Source: Octopus vulgaris (taxonomy: Eukaryota). Taken from it: 64,000 nucleotides of DNA. The notes under the pieces were generated by a model that made no database searches, was not told the origin of the DNA, and saw nothing but the letters and a program-made list of their open reading frames with translations. The stretch's first letter is position 1. Each line of letters starts with the position of its first letter. This document shows positions 13,235 through 26,205 of this stretch, one piece after another. A program made the translations under genes and the position numbers. The stretch lies in assembly GCA_951406725.2 (NCBI GenBank), contig OX597835.1:24552001-24616000 (forward strand), given 5' to 3'.

Positions 13235-14040
13235 TGGTTTGGAACCTCGCTTTTCAACCAAGAATTTGCCGGTTTCTTCAAAGAAACGAAAAACTCTGGT
13301 CAAATGAAATAGAAATTTCATGTCATCTCGCCATCCTGCTGATTCAGTAATCTTTTCTTCACCATTGTTGAAATTAGCCTGGAGTTTCTCGTAATTGCTT
13401 AGAAGCTCTGGGATGAATGCATATTCAATATTGGGAGATGACTTTTCTTCTCCAAGTTCGTTATCCATTACAACACGAAGAACTCTATCAAGGATATAAT
13501 GCCGATAACCAATAAATTGCGGTTCTTTCAAACACTTTTGAGCAAACATTCTTTGCAACTGAATGACAATGCCATTTCTTTTCCCAGTGTTCACATTCGT
13601 ATCAACGACCATCATCTTTACACAGTTCCATAAATTGTATTCATCTAAAAGAGCTGTTATTCCTTTCACAACAGCATCGGCTTTTCCGTTTGGTAGTTGG
13701 AGTGCTTCTAACTTAACTTCTCACTGTTCATTCTTTAAAACTAGCACTTGGTATTCTTGGTCATCAATACGTTTACCATCAAAATGCAATTACCAGTTTT
13801 CTAACTGTAGTGTTTTCTTCGTTTTCTGTTTTTAGTTTAACAGTTTCTTTGACAGTCGATCTGTAAATACCAGATTGGGAAGGAGTCACGACATTGATTC
13901 TATCTTGAGATAATTGTCGATAAACTGTTGCTGCTTTTGGGGTTGATAGCTTGGAAGATATTAGTAACTTGCCGCGGTTCCAGTTTTGCTATACTTCCTC
14001 CTTGTTTGTGTGGATTCTTCATCTGATTTTTCGGACTCTT
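13235..14040 (-). mobile_element. DNA transposase pseudogene, hAT-related (hATm-like)
   Basis: LHFDGK..YQVLVL..GKADAVVKGITALLDEYNL..VDTNVNTGKRNG..IGYRHYILDRVL..WRDD resembles the LHWDGK/DTTxxNTG/CRHH pattern; stops and frameshifts present. Confidence 0.75.
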
Positions 14041-14065
14041 GATATGTGTGCTTGCATGTATATAT

Positions 14066-14545
14066 GTTCCCTTCTGTTTTTGATTATTTGAATTTTTCGT
14101 CTGGGGAACGGACTGGTTTCTAACAAAGATACGAAGCTCTGTCGTTCGAATATAGATAAGAAAAAAAAAAACTCACATTTAAAACTTGAGAAAAGTCTTA
14201 CATATTTTTACTGTTCCACTTACAGATCGTATTTGTAAAGTGCGATGATTTCTTTTTCTGTAAACCCCAGGGGTTTACTCTCAAAAGAGCACCAATTATT
14301 ATTGGTATAAACGTGAATTTATAATCTGTTTATAGAAGTTGAAGGCTTCGAAGCAGTTGACCATAGCTATTTTCTTTCTCTTTGATTTTCCGAAGAGATG
14401 TTCACATTAGGAGGGCGGCCGACCTCTGTGATGGTACATACGTTATCTTGTTTGTTCCAGGTAACGATATCCGGTCTTTTATGATTACACGACGGAAGTT
14501 TTGATGGGAATGTTCCAACAATATTCCTTGTGATGTTTGTGCATG
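14066..14545 (-). mobile_element. 3' fragment of the (CATA)n-associated RLE LINE
   Basis: CNHKRPDIVTWNKQDNVCTITEVGRP..LGFTEKEI..SVSGTVKICKTFLKF plus the same UTR as 5960-6437; (CATA)n at its 5' side. Confidence 0.85.
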
Positions 14546-14800
14546 TATCCAATAATAATGGAACTTCTATGCATGCACGCACGCATGTATGTATATATGT
14601 ATGTGTGTGTGTGTATGTATGTATGTATGTATGTATGTATGTATGTATGTGTGTGTATAGGCGTGTGTGTGTATGAATATATGTATGTAAGAACGCCAAG
14701 AAACTACAATAATGAAACAGGATGAAAGATAAAAGAACGTTGAAAGGAAAAAATAAAGGATTATCATTCATGTAAGACTGATTGGAGTAGTAGTAGTAGT

Positions 14801-14865
<65 letters not shown>

Positions 14866-15176
14866 GAGGAGGAGGAGGAGGAGGAGGAGTAGGAGTAGTA
14901 GTAGTAGTTGATATTGTTTTTGTATTTACTGTTGCAGTTGCCGCTTCTTCTTCTTCTTCTTCTTCTTCTTCTTCTTCTTCTTCTTCTTCTTCTTCTTCTT
15001 TATTATTCTTGTTGTTCTTCTTCTTCTTCGGTCTGATCTATTCTTTCTGCAGACACGGAAAGACAAAAAGAAAATTTCACAGTCTGTTTAATGTAATCTT
15101 CTAACGGGTGGGAGGAAGGAGAGGGTTAACAGGATTATCAAGAAGAACAACAACAGTTGTAATAATAATGATGATG

Positions 15177-15240
<64 letters not shown>

Positions 15241-15258
15241 CAATAATAATAACAACAA

Positions 15259-16453
15259 AAACAAGAGCATTCAGAGAGCAAAACTTCCATCAAGGCAGCA
15301 CTAACGTTTTCTCAACGATTAGCCAGAGATGATTTTTAAAATGAGAATATCTGAAATAAACTTGACTGCTCTCACAAACGAGAATACTAAAAATTAAACA
15401 GACCGCTCTCAAAAAATTAAGTAAAAAAAAAAACAGAAATATAATCCATAATCTTTGTCCGGTACCTGATCGATCCCAATAGTAGTCATGCAATGTGAAG
15501 GTGGTTGTAGAAAATTTAGTAACAGTAATAAATAGTTTATCCTTATCTAATACAAGCCAAAGTGAACAAATTCACCATTCAAAATAGTTTCAAAGGCGAA
15601 GGTAATAACAATGAGTTCTATTCAGGAATTTTTAAATGAATAACATGAGATCTTTTGGTTTTCCGGCCTTCCTTTAGTATTTCTGTTGTTTTAGATCGAT
15701 GTATAGATGTATGTATAATATATAATATGGAGGCGCAATGGCCCAATGGTTAGGGCAGCGGACTCGCGGTCGTAGGATCGCGGTTTCGATTCCCAGACCG
15801 GGCGTTGTGAGTGTTCATTGAGCGAAAACACCTAAAAGCTCCACGCGGCTCCGGCAGAGGGTGGTGGCGATCCCTGCTTTACTCTTTCGCCACAACTTTC
15901 TCTCACTCTTTCTTCTGTTGACCTGCTCGCTTAGCCAGCAGAGTGGCGTCATTTGAAAGCTAAAACAATGCGAAGCGCATTGTGACCAGCGATGTGTAGC
16001 AACATCTGATAGCCTGGTCGGTCACGGTGATCACGGTGATAATATATAATACATATATTATAAAAATATGTTAGTGTTATTTAATTTCTGAACGGTTTTG
16101 CTGCCGTTTGTTTGTGTAATTTGATTTCTTTATCCATCAGTTTCTACTAAGATAGAGACGCGAGTAAAATTAATGGAAAAACGAAAATAAAACTTTGGAA
16201 ACAGCCTAAAAGGAGATAATTGAAAGGTAACGTAAGATCGTAATCATGTAGAGTAAAGTAAATATAACAAATAATCCAGAATCCTTGTCTGGTACCGAAT
16301 CGATCGCAAAATCTAATCAGTTTGTGCCAGTCACGAGGCCAAGCATCCCTGAAAGTTTCACCCGAATCCATCCAGTGGTTCTTGAGATATCTTGTCCACA
16401 GACAAACAAACAAACACGACTGAAAACAATACCTTCAGCTTCGCTAAAGCAGA

Positions 16454-16459
<6 letters not shown>
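15259..16459 (-). mobile_element. Helentron-associated non-autonomous element (HINE/DINE-1-like), interrupted by SINE D
   Basis: One end attacctctgc..hairpin..gtttgtttgtctgt; other end aacaagagcattcagagagc; core atcca.aatc.ttgtc.ggtacc at about 15445 and 16273. Confidence 0.6.
15729..16040 (+). mobile_element. SINE family D head with alternative tail 2
   Basis: ggaggcgcaatggccc..ggtttcgattccc head; tail ends (cacggtgat)2; aatatataat flanks both sides. Confidence 0.85.
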
Positions 16460-16546
<87 letters not shown>

Positions 16547-17014
16547 AAGAAGAAGAAGAAGAAGAAGAAGAAGAAGAAGGAGGAGAAGAAGGAGAAGAAA
16601 ATGAAGAAGGAAAGAAGAAGAAGAAGAAGAAGAAGAAGAAGAAGAAGGAGGAGAAGAAGGAGAAGAAAAAGAAGAGGAGGAGGAAGAAAAAGAAGAAGAA
16701 GAAGAAGAAGAAGAAGAAGAAGGAGGAGGAGAAGAAGGAGAAGAAAAAGAAGAGGAGGAGGAAGAAGAAGAAGAAGAAGAAGAAGAAGAAGAAGAAGAAG
16801 GAGAAGAAGAAGAAGAAGAGGAGGAGGAAGAAGAAGAAGAAGAAGAAGAAGAAGAAGAAGAAGAAGAAGAAGAAGAAGAAGGAGAAGAAGGAGAAGAAAA
16901 AGAAGAGGAGGAGGAAGAAAAAGAAGAAGAAGAAGAAGAAGAAGAAGAAGAAGAAGAAGAAGAAGAAGAAGAAGAAGAAGAAGAAGAAGAAGAAGAAGAA
17001 GAAGAAGAAGAAGA
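16456..17014. repeat. (TAA)n then ~500-bp (GAA/GGA)n
   Basis: Read directly. Confidence 0.97.
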
Positions 17015-17231
17015 ATGATGATAATCCTTAATATTAAAAGCACAAGGCCTGAAATTTTGAGGGAATTGCATCAACCCCGGTGTCTCACTGGTAGTTTCAT
17101 CGACACCGAAAGGATGAAAGGAAAAGCCGACCTCCCCCTCTCTCTTTCTCCTTCCACCTCCTTCTCCCTCTCTTTCTCTCTACTTGAAACATATACATAC
17201 AGACGAATACATACTCCTATATGTTGCACAG

Positions 17232-17510
17232 TCGATTCCTGGATTGGGGTGCATGTTGTGTTCTTGAGCAAGACACTTTATTTCGCGTTGCTCCAGTTCA
17301 TTCAGTCGTAGAAACGTGTTGCGGCGTCACTGGTGCCAAGCTGTATCGGCCCCTTTGCCTTTCCCTTGGTAGCATGGAGAAGGGAGGCTGGTATACATGG
17401 GCGACTGCTGGTCTTTCATAAAACAACCTTGCCCGGACTTGTACCTTGGAAAGGAACTTTCTAGGAGCAATCCCACAGTCATTTTTGACTGAAGGGAGCT
17501 TTACCTTTTT
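17232..17510 (+). mobile_element. SINE family C
   Basis: Collinear with 1-244 and 59749-60083. Confidence 0.85.
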
Positions 17511-18562
17511 ACTACTACTACTACTACTACTACTACTGCTGCTGTTGTTGTTGTTGTTGTTAAGCAACAAGACGGGTAAGGGTGATTAGGTGATGGTCTA
17601 GGGCTAAGGGGCGGGAGACCCTAGACCTTGGAAAAAAAAAACTTTGGTCGTCTTGTAGTCGAGGGCTCTTCGTTGACGCCCGACACCACTGGGAGGTGGC
17701 CCTCAAAGTCGCTGGAAATGGAGATCTCCAGGCCCAAATTCTTGGACGGCTGCTACTGCAGCTGCTGTTGTTGCTGCTACTACTACTACAACTGCTACTA
17801 CAGCTGCTGCTACCCTTACAACTACTACTACTACATTCTATTGGTAGCACTCAATTCATCAATCAGTAATAATCTTAAATAAGAGTCATGTCCCCTTTTC
17901 CTCAATTCTCCTCCTTACTTTCATTCTCTATGTTTTTCATTTCCTTCTTGTCTCTTTCATTCTCTCTATCTTTCGCTTCCCTCCTCTCTCTTTCAATCTC
18001 CCTCTCTTTAATTTCTCCCCCACTCTTTCATTCTATCCATCTTACACTCCCCCCCACTCGCTCTTTCTCCTATACTCTCTTCCAATCTCGAATTTTCACA
18101 TAGATACACACACACACACACACACGCTTCACACTTCTATATTCCGGATGCTGAATAAGACTTCCGGTCGTTGTATGGTAATTAGCCCTGACCTGACTTC
18201 CGTTAGCCAACTTCCGCTAAATAACATATTGTTGTTTTATTGCCAACTCAGGGCAATTAAATATGGTAAGAAATTCCACTCAACTGATAAATGATAGTTT
18301 GAAAGACTTCATTAAATTACTTAACATAAATATCATATGAACACACACACACACATACATACATACACACACACGTACATACACATGCAGAAGAAAGATA
18401 CACGGACACACATATAAATGTATATATATATTTATACATGTATGTATGCATACGCATAAACTCTATGTATTGAGTGTTATTATCATTTGAAAACGTGTGT
18501 GTATACTCAGATCTATATACATATACACATGTTATATATGTATGTTTATATGTAAGTGTATG

Positions 18563-18596
<34 letters not shown>

Positions 18597-18745
18597 TGTA
18601 TGTATGTATGTATGCATGTATGTATATATGTATGTATGTAAGCGTATGCATACAATCAAAATCCAAAAAGGTTGATGTTGGTCTGCAAAGGTAACACTTA
18701 AATAGTGAAATCAATATAAAGAGTACAGTGAACTTGCTGTTGAGA

Positions 18746-18772
18746 GACGTTTCGGGCAATGTTCTTCTTCAG
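18746..18772 (-). ncRNA. Minimal Penelope-type hammerhead motif (degenerate)
   Basis: CTGAAGA-a-gaac-att-gccc-GAAACGTC; stems decayed. Confidence 0.5.
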
Positions 18773-19283
18773 AGAATACTTGAAAAGGGAGAAATTAATG
18801 AGAGAAAAACAGAAATTCACGGCCTCTATCTTTGTTTTTAACTGCCCGAAACATTAGATTTTCCATTCTCCTCGGCACGTTCACTGTTTGTATACTATTT
18901 GTATCGATTTTACTCTATGTACATTTATAGGTACACTTTATAGGTAGTACATGGATATTTTATTGTTTTACGGTTGGTGCAAACAACCTATAGTTTATTG
19001 TGTAAATAGATATAAAACTATTAAAAATCAAGCACTATGATGCCGATAGTTTTTGAATTGTGTGCAATTAAGATTTCAAAATGCGTCAATTGACGGACGC
19101 GGTCCTTCTAGTGTTGAAACACCTGAAAGTCATAGACAGGTGAGACACCTCGCCTTCAGTCCCATCCAGGAGTAATGGATACCGATATTTCACCATTTTT
19201 GTGGCTTATCAATATGACGAACCTGAATCGAACGGGGGACGAACTCAATCGCCAATCTATGACTATATGCAAACAGTGTAAGA

Positions 19284-19557
19284 CAGTGGTTCCCAAAGTG
19301 GGCGGTATTGCTCCCCTGGGGCGGTGGAAAGTTCCAAGGGGACGTTGAAGAAAAGTGGGGCGATAATAGGGTAGCAATTCATGTAAAAACAATAAAATAA
19401 TGGGTCCGTTAGGTTAAGTTTTATTTGTGAAATACAGTTGCTTTGAATTTGCTTCAGAAAGAGGTGTATGTTTGTGATGGTTAATTGGGGTGGGGAGACT
19501 AGGAATGTGGGCTGGGTGTCAAGGGGGTGACAGCGCGAAAAAGTCTGGGAAAACTTT
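19284..19557. mobile_element. hAT-Charlie-type MITE (old)
   Basis: Starts CAGTGGTTCCCAAA; degenerate right end aagtctgggaaaact. Confidence 0.6.
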
Positions 19558-19723
19558 ACTTGCTAGTATGCCACGACGATGCATACGAATTAAACGCAAC
19601 AAGAGCGGGTCGTCCCCAGAGCGCTGCTGCGCAGCGAACAAGCAAAACACATACATTGACTATGTACAGTCGGTAATGTTCTCAACACTAGCGCTGCTTT
19701 TTATTCGTATTTGAATATATATA

Positions 19724-20353
19724 GGGTAAAGGGGTTAAAAACCCCCTTTAGGATCTTTTCGGTTTGAACGGCAGTTTTCTCTAGCGGTGTCATATGAAAT
19801 TGTCACCCATAATTATGACCCTAGTATCGATCTATTGCATTTCAATCTGTTTTAGGGTTAGGGTTAGGGTTAGGGGTGGGGGGAAGAGTATCTTTTTTTT
19901 TTCTTCAGAAATGTAAATAAACCCAATCTGTTTCTTAAACGAGGGACATATATTCATACGGCACAGAATGCTTTTTTACCTCAATGGACGTCATTGATTG
20001 GTTGAAATTGCAGAAACTGAAGAAGAAAAAACAACAAATATCTTACAAACTATAGAATTTTCTCAATAAAGATAAGAGAAAAAGATGTTTTATAAACACA
20101 TTCTACCAGTATACGAAGTTTAACATTTTTTAGTTACCTAGAAATTATGTTAAAAACTGCCGTTCAAACCGAAAAGAGCCCCCTCCCTTAGGTTATGAAT
20201 GACCATGGGATTGCACGTAGAAAGTTCCCTTCCGAGGCACAATTCCGGGCAAGGTTGTTTATGGAAGATCAGCAGTCACCCATGCATACCAGCCTCTTCT
20301 CTCCATGCCAAAGGAAACACAAAATCCGATACAACTTGGCAACAGTGACGTCG
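19724..20353 (-). mobile_element. SINE family C 3' part, interrupted by a MITE
   Basis: 19724-19750 continues at 20181-20353. Confidence 0.75.
19751..20180. mobile_element. 430-bp MITE (GGATCTTTTC family) carrying (TTAGGG)4
   Basis: 28-bp TIR ggatcttttcggtttgaacggcagtttt / aaaactgccgttcaaaccgaaaagagcc; inserted within SINE C. Confidence 0.88.
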
Positions 20354-20481
20354 TTTTTGCGGTTTGTAGTGAATGAGTTGTATCTTATTGTATTTTACGT
20401 GTGTTTACATACAAGCGCCTCGGCATACTTGTCCTCGAATCTGAGGAAAGTTACTTTGTCCACGGAAGACTGCTTTTATGT

Positions 20482-21895
20482 CTTTAGTCTTTTACTTGTT
20501 TCAGTCATTTGACTGCGGCCATGCTGGAGCACCGCCTTTAGGCGAGCAACTCGACCCCGGGACTTATTCTTTGTAAGCCCAGTACTTATTCTATCGGTCT
20601 CCTTTGCCGAACCGCTAAGTGACGGGGACATAAACACACCAGCATCGGCTGTCAAGCAATGCGAGTGGGGCAAACACAGACACGCAAACATACATGCACA
20701 CACATATATACATATATGTGACGGGCTTCTTTCAGTTTCCGTCTACCAAATCACAAGGCTTTGGTCGGCCCGAGGCTATAGTAGAAGGCACGGATCTTTT
20801 CATTTTGAAGGCCAGATTTTTCTAGTTAACTAAACAATTTGAAACTTCGTATACTGGTAGAATGTGTCAAAAGAAAACATTATTGTAAATAAAATTGAAA
20901 ACAAAATTGTAATTCGTAACTTAAACGTAGTTTAATTTTAAGAATTTTAACCAATGAAATCGCAGCATTCGAGCTCAAACTATTTACCTCTTCTTCTGTC
21001 TTCTACATGTGCTAGAAATAACAGCTATATCTCTTAAATCGATTAATTTCGTCGCCCAATAAAAATATTAACGGTATTTTTTGAATATTTTCTTTCTTTT
21101 TTTTTTTACCGAAAAGGCTTCTCCCATGGTTTTGAAGGGCCAGAAACAACAAAAACAAAACAATAATATGCCTAAATAGGTCTCGAGTTTGCGCCTGGAG
21201 TGTGAATAGTATTGTAAAAATTTGCGAAATATTTTTTCATAAAACGATGCCCCCAGCTTGTCGGAAGCTGTGATATAAATTGGGAAAAAAATCCTCGACA
21301 CCAGTGCGTAATTGGTATTTAATTTATCGACCCCGAAACGATGAAACATTGACCCCACCCCTCCTTCTGGTTTATTTACCTTTTGTGCAAACTTGTTGCG
21401 GCAAGTGGCAAAACACGAACGTGTATTTTTGCTTGTGTGCGTATATGTATATGTCCGTTTGTATGTGTGTGTACGCTTATATATTAATTACTATGTGTGT
21501 GTGTGTGTGTGTATATGTCCGTTTGTATGTGTGTGTACGCTTATATATTAATTACTATGTGCTTGTGCAAATGTGTGTGTGTGTGTGTGTATGGTGCGTC
21601 TGCTATATTTCTTTATCAATATCGATAACGCAGCAATGCTGGGATTTCATTGGTTAAAATTCGTAAAAATTAAACTACGTTTAAGTTACGAATAACAATT
21701 TTGTTTACAATAATGTTTTCTTTTGACACATTCTACCAGTATACGAAGTTTCAAATTTTTTAGTTAACTAGGAAAATCTGGCCTTCAAAATGAAAAGAAC
21801 CGAAGACACTTTCCCAAGGTGCCACGCAGTGGGACTGAACCCAGAACCATGTGGTTGGTAAGCAAGCTACTTACCACACAGCCACTTCTGCGCCT
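20482..21895 (-). mobile_element. SINE family A split by a MITE
   Basis: 20482-20791 resumes at 21802-21895. Confidence 0.88.
20792..21801. mobile_element. 1010-bp non-autonomous DNA transposon with ~170-bp TIRs and 8-bp TSD
   Basis: TSD gaaggcac (20784-20791) / gaagacac (21802-21809); ends ggatcttttc..gaaaagaacc. Confidence 0.9.
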
Positions 21896-22287
21896 ATATA
21901 TTTGTTTAAGCTTTGTAAATTATTTAACAAGAATAATATAAAAGTCAATTATTCTGCAACCCTTTCATATAAAGAAAAAGAATTTCCTATCATTTCTTTA
22001 GACTTTCTCGTATCTTACGGTGTCGACTTTTATTTATCACATGTACAATTCTTTCGTGTTTTCACTTTTTTTTTTGTGAATTCTTACATTTTTTCTGTCT
22101 CAGAATATTTTTTATTACATCTCTGTAACTTTGTCAAATTGAGTATTTATATTCAGTAAACGTTTGTGTCTGCATGTTACTTAGCATTTGCCAAACGTTT
22201 TCATGTGTGTACATATATGCTTATAATGTGTTTGTTATGATCAGCGTTCATGTATGTATGAATACGTAATTAAATGTTTGTGTGTAC

Positions 22288-22345
<58 letters not shown>

Positions 22346-22832
22346 ACACCCAATGGTGCCAATCACCAATCTAGGAAAAGAAAAAAAAAATAACCAAAAA
22401 GCGGGCAGCTATCGACACGTGAGTTAGTTATGAACTTAACGCTTATTAACTACAACACTAGTACCCACCCACTTAAGCACCAATAGTACCATCACCATCA
22501 CCACCAACACCACCACCACCAACAACAACAACAATAAAAACAACACAAGTAACAGCATCTGCACCACCCACTTCTACCGAGTGTCTCGCTCAATTTTATT
22601 GAATGATCGTCTGAATTTCCCGCGCAATAGTATTTTGTACACGTGCAAACGCGCGCGCGCACCCACACATACACACTACGTCAGACATATATGTAAATAC
22701 ACGCACACACTAATGTGTAGTCTAAATATAACATTTTTATATATGCATATATTACATACATTATTATATATATCTTTGTCAAATAGAGTATTTATATATA
22801 TATATATATATTTGTTTATATATATATATCTG

Positions 22833-22917
<85 letters not shown>

Positions 22918-22923
22918 ACATAG

Positions 22924-22972
<49 letters not shown>

Positions 22973-23760
22973 AGGAAAATAAGACAAGGTACAAAATGCT
23001 AAAATAATTCTATTACGAAATACATTTTGTACCGGTTTCAGTCTTTTCAACTATACACATACACACATATGTATATATATACATACATACATTCATACAT
23101 ATCTATATGTATGTGTGAATGCCTGTGAGACTATCTCTGTCTGTCTGTCTCTTTCTCTCTCTCTCTCTCTACACACACACACTTTATTGTTGTTTACACT
23201 TATTTGTGTACCATCCCCACCTTTTGCCTGCAGCTTCACCACACCCCTCCGATTTCTATAACGCCACCACGGCCGCCGACTACACCACCACCACCACAAC
23301 CATCACCACCACCACCACCGCCACCACACTCCTATTGCTTCATGGCAGCTTCTGAAGAACGTTGCTGCCGCATTGATTAACATCCGCCGGAAACAATTAA
23401 TATAATAATAAGGGATGAATGGTGGTGGTGGCGGTGCCGTGGAACGATGGGGCTGGTAGTCAGTCAGACAGACAGGCTGGACTGCGAGAGAAGGGTGTAA
23501 GTATTTAATGAATGGTGTGGGGTGGGGTGGAGGGTGTTCACGTCTACTAATATCATCTTTATATCACCATCATCGTCATCACCAAGTCCTCGAAGAAAAA
23601 GAATTTTCAGACAATATATCTAGGACTGCATTATTCAATTGTTATATAAGATAGCGAGGTTTGATTTGAAGGAATTTTGGCTGTGACGTTTAGCATATCG
23701 AGCAACCATGTAGAGCGTTGTTGGTGATTGCTCGGGTTGTCGGATGAATTTGTTAAGTAA

Positions 23761-23866
23761 AGGCGCCTGGCTTTAGCGATCAGTGTTTGACTCCCGATCG
23801 TAAGGTTTGAAGATCGAGGCCTGACGGCGGCCTGTATCGAGATGATGGACTCCTGACTCACCAAAA
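23761..23866 (+). mobile_element. Short tRNA-like SINE with (CA)n tail
   Basis: ggcgcctggctttagcg..gatgatggactcctgactcacca; 3' end recurs on minus strand at 32351-32390. Confidence 0.55.
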
Positions 23867-24009
23867 CACACACACACACACACGTACATGCATGCATATA
23901 TGTCCATTCCCTTCCGGTCATTTCAAAATGTAACTGTACATGTACATGTGGACTGTTGGCAATCTTTTCCCTTCCGTCTTCCTTTTCTCTTGGACTTTCC
24001 ACTGTCTCC

Positions 24010-24046
24010 TGTTCCTGAAGAAGAGCTTTGCTCGAAACGTAAAACA
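24010..24046 (+). ncRNA. Minimal Penelope-type hammerhead motif within a T-rich repeat (about 23940-24155)
   Basis: tgttc-CTGAAGA-a-gagc-ttt-gctc-GAAACGTA-aaaca. Confidence 0.65.
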
Positions 24047-24184
24047 CATTTTCTGTCCTTCCCTGAGCGTCTTTTAATACTTTGCATGTACCACATCCAC
24101 ACGTTGTTATTTTTTCTTGTGTTTTTTCTTCGTTTGTTTGGGTGCGGGATTAGCTATATATATGTATGTATGTGTGTATGTAGG

Positions 24185-24425
24185 TATTTCTGCTTGCAGG
24201 AAGTGTGGAAACGAAGGTGCGTCAGGAGGTAGAATGAAGCATCATATGAAGGTTCAGTTGACCAAAGCGATATTGTAACACCTACTGCAAGAGGCGCCCA
24301 TCATTGCCATATCAGTACAAAGACTATAAGTCCTCAACACCACTGAAAAGACCTACATCCATGCTGCTCATGTTTAAGAGATCAGTCAAGCGATGGCGAT
24401 GCTTGAAATCAACCTGCAACCAACA
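24185..24425 (+). mobile_element. Decayed RTE 3' end with C2H2 finger remnants
   Basis: CRKCGNE..MKHHMKV and HCHISTKDYKSSTPLKR; same layout as 30435-30797; followed by (TATG)n. Confidence 0.5.
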
Positions 24426-25258
24426 TGTACGTATATGTGTACGTATGTATGCATGCATATACGTATGTATGAGCGTATGTACATATGTATGTACGTATAT
24501 ATGTATGTATGTATGTATGTATGATGTATGTATGTATGTATGTACGTATGTATGTATGTATATATGTTTGTTTGTATGTATGCATGCATATACGTATGTA
24601 TGAGCGTATGTACATATGTACATATGTATGTATGCATGTATGTATGTACGTACGTACATACGAATGTATGCATGTATATATGTATGTATGTATGCATGCA
24701 TACACGTATGTACATATGTATGTACGTATGTATGTATGTATGTACGTACGTACGTACATACGTATGTATGTATGTATATATGTATGCATACATGTATACA
24801 AGCATGTATGTACGTATGCATGTATGTATGTACGTACGTACATACGTATGTATGCATATATGTATGTATGTATGTACATACGTATGTATGTATGTATATA
24901 TGTATGTATGTATGTATGCATGCATATACGTATGTATGAGCCTATGTACATATGTATGTACGTATGTATGTATGTATGTACGTACGTACATACGTATGTA
25001 TGTATATATGTATGCATGCATGTATACAAGCATGTATGTACGTATTATGTACGTACGTACATACGTATGTATGTATATATGTATGCATGTATGTACTTAT
25101 GTATGTATATATGTATGCATGTATATATGCATGTATGTATGAATGGATGCATGCATGTATGTACGTATGTATGAACATATATATGTATGAACGTATGTAT
25201 GTATTTATGTATGTGTCTGCACGTAAGTATGTATGCATGTATGTGTTTATATATGTGT
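24426..25258. repeat. (TATG/TACG)n compound microsatellite
   Basis: Read directly. Confidence 0.97.
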
Positions 25259-25262
25259 GAAG

Positions 25263-25592
25263 TGAAGACACATGGCTGAGTGGTTAGGGTATTCGAATCA
25301 CGATAGTAAGCTCGTGAGTTCGATTTCCAGCGGCGCGTTGTATCCTTGAGCAAGACACTTTACTGCACCTTCCTCCAGTTCACTCATCTGACAAAAAATG
25401 AGTTGTATCTGTAATCCGAAAGGCCAGCCTTGTCACATTCTGTGTCACGCTACATCTCTCTTTGAGATCTCCGTTAAAGGTACACGTGTCTGTGGAGTAC
25501 TCAGCCACTTGCACGTTAATTTCACGAGTAGGCTATTGGCTATTCCATTGATCGGTTGAAATGGAACCTGCGTCGCCGTAACCGACGGAGAG
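25263..25592 (+). mobile_element. Chimeric SINE: family C-type (CORE) head plus family D tail
   Basis: cttgagcaagacacttt..ccagttcactca then ccttgtcac..ggtacacgtgtctgtggagt..cgtaaccgacggag. Confidence 0.8.
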
Positions 25593-25649
25593 AGCCTGAT
25601 AAATTCGCTCGCTTATTTCTTGTTTTTCTAAATTTATCTTAGCCTCCTT

Positions 25650-26003
25650 TTTATCAACAACTATATAAGCATTTTTAGAGAGTTATAGCCAAAAAATAGC
25701 AAAAATATGCATTAAAAATGGGCAAAAAATGATGGTAATTTTTTGTTTAAATCGTTGACTCATCGTAGACATTTTTAGAGAGTTACTTCCCTTATATAAT
25801 AACGAAAAAATGCATTAAAATGGAAAAAAATGATGGTAAATTTTTTTTTAATCGTAGACGCGCGCTAATACCCAGAAGGGCTCGATATGAATCACGACTA
25901 TAAGATATCCGGTTTTGGTTAAACTGCACCGCAAAATGTGGGAGTAGTTAGGAATCTGAATCGTAGGAGACAGACACACAACTTGACTTTTATATATAAA
26001 GAT
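25650..26003 (-). mobile_element. Helitron-like non-autonomous 5' end with internal ~110-bp tandem subrepeat
   Basis: Minus strand begins a-TCtttatatataaaag; catttttagagagtta..atgcattaaaa..aaaaaatgatggtaa occurs twice. Confidence 0.55.
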
Positions 26004-26020
26004 TTTAACAAATTAGTTAA

Positions 26021-26205
26021 TGGCGAGCTGGCAGAACCGTTAGCACGCCGGGCGAAATGCGTAGCCGTATTTCGTCTGCCGTTACGTTCTCAGTTCAAAT
26101 TCCGCCGAGGTCGACTTTGCCTTTCATGTAATCGACATAATCCGTTTGTCTGTCCTTATTTGTCCCCTCTATGTTTAGCCCCTTGTGGGTAATAAAGAAA
26201 CAGGT
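26021..26205 (+). mobile_element. SINE family B with internal deletion
   Basis: Head ggcgagctggcagaa..; core collapsed at tttcat|gtaatcgac. Confidence 0.85.

Noticed and set aside
18980-19118. piggyBac-like MITE end (..gtccttctagtgttga)
   Set aside because: Only one degenerate end, no matching TIR or intact TTAA found
19852-19875. True telomere or chromosome fusion site
   Set aside because: Only four TTAGGG units, internal to a TIR element
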